DNA from: a virus
Virus genome (UHGV): UHGV-1376076
DNA length: 36,108 nt
Strand: one strand, 5' to 3'
The position numbers and the translations under genes are program-made. Positions 35,605 to 36,108 of the stretch are shown here, one piece after another (the first letter of the stretch is position 1; each line of letters begins with the position of its first letter). The notes below the pieces were generated by a model. It did no database searches. It worked only from the letters and a program-made list of their open reading frames with translations, and was not told where the DNA came from.

Positions 35605-35667
35605 AAAAAGAATATCGCGTAACGAATAATAGTTGCTCGGCTAAATAGTTAGAAATGTTAAAAAAAG

Positions 35668-35702
35668 CAAAAAAGCCGACGTGTAAGGTCGGCTGGGAAA
35701 CA
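35668..35702 (-). terminator. intrinsic terminator for the leftward gene
   Basis: Hairpin agccgac-gtgtaag-gtcggct preceded on the plus strand by an A-rich tract, which becomes a U tract on the minus strand. Confidence 0.55.
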
Positions 35703-35710
35703 ATTATTGT

Positions 35711-36108
35711 CTATTTTCTAGCCTCATTAATCAGACCTTGAATTCTTTCGTGGCCATTTAATAAACCGCTTGCTGCTTCAAAGAAATCTACTAAACGGTT
35801 AAATTCTATATCACTCCATTGATGGCTGTGGTTGGTTCGTACATTATTTAAGAATTCTGTATTAAATACAGTGAACTGATGTAATATGTTGTCAAATTCT
35901 TGACGACCACCAAGAAGTTCATCGTTAAGAGCAATAAAGGTGTAGGCATTTGTGAAGCTGGCGTGAGCCTGATTTAAATACGTTAAGGCGCACATTAAGT
36001 CTTTTTGCTTATCAAATTCTTTTTCATCATCTAGCTCGCTTTTAAATAAAAGTTTATGTGAATAGTTTGCGTTATCAAAACCATCAATTAATAAATTTGA
36101 TAAAATCT
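35711..36108 (-). CDS. leftward gene truncated by the window edge; C-terminal region contains an Rx4H (HEPN-like) motif
   Basis: The minus-strand frame stays open to the window end. The motif 'VRTNHSHQW' is present. It lies between the replication module and, in circular order, the late regulator. Confidence 0.45.
   Translation of the reverse strand, partial: ILSNLLIDGFDNANYSHKLLFKSELDDEKEFDKQKDLMCALTYLNQAHASFTNAYTFIALNDELLGGRQEFDNILHQFTVFNTEFLNNVRTNHSHQWSDIEFNRLVDFFEAASGLLNGHERIQGLINEARK

Noticed and set aside
1-36108. CRISPR arrays, IS elements or transposases
   Set aside because: No spacer-repeat periodicity, terminal inverted repeats or transposase-like ORFs were seen. The only recombinase is the tyrosine integrase.

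Overview
The window reads as a near-complete temperate siphovirus genome from a low-GC Firmicutes host (Lactobacillales/Enterococcus-like gene content). It is written in a circularly permuted order.

Left half (+ strand, 376..21341):
- ArpU-like late regulator.
- An accessory hotspot of small ORFs, a GC-rich structured-RNA candidate and a possible type-I-toxin-like peptide.
- HNH endonuclease, a putative cos site, then terminase small and large subunits.
- Portal, prohead protease and an HK97-type capsid, followed by head-tail joining genes.
- Major tail protein and a tail chaperone with an apparent -1 frameshift extension.
- Tape measure, Dit, a Tal carrying lysozyme and M23 domains, and BppU.
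- XkdX, XhlA, holin and a signal-peptide amidase endolysin.

After the endolysin (21343..24690):
- An AT-rich moron encoding a large protein with a HEPN-like Rx4H motif.
- A mosaic junction containing a decayed gene fragment, a pseudo-tRNA, an AT-rich islet gene, an intact tRNA(CAT), a 22-bp direct repeat and a tRNA 3' fragment with its own terminator.

Right half (24692..36108):
- A leftward tyrosine integrase.
- An ImmR/ImmA-type lysogeny switch with two small accessory genes.
- Cro- and Xis-like genes and several small early genes.
- RecT plus a Cas4-like PD-(D/E)XK nuclease.
- A replisome organizer with internal iterons and a DnaC-like loader.
- A DUF1064 protein, and a truncated minus-strand gene at the window edge.

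The permuted layout (late genes, then attP-like region, then integrase and early genes) implies either an unintegrated circular phage genome, a concatemer, or tandem prophages.

The best candidates for something new are the structured GC-rich RNA with its flanking small genes at 2400..3134, the AT-rich HEPN-like gene after the lysin, and the unusual att-region architecture.
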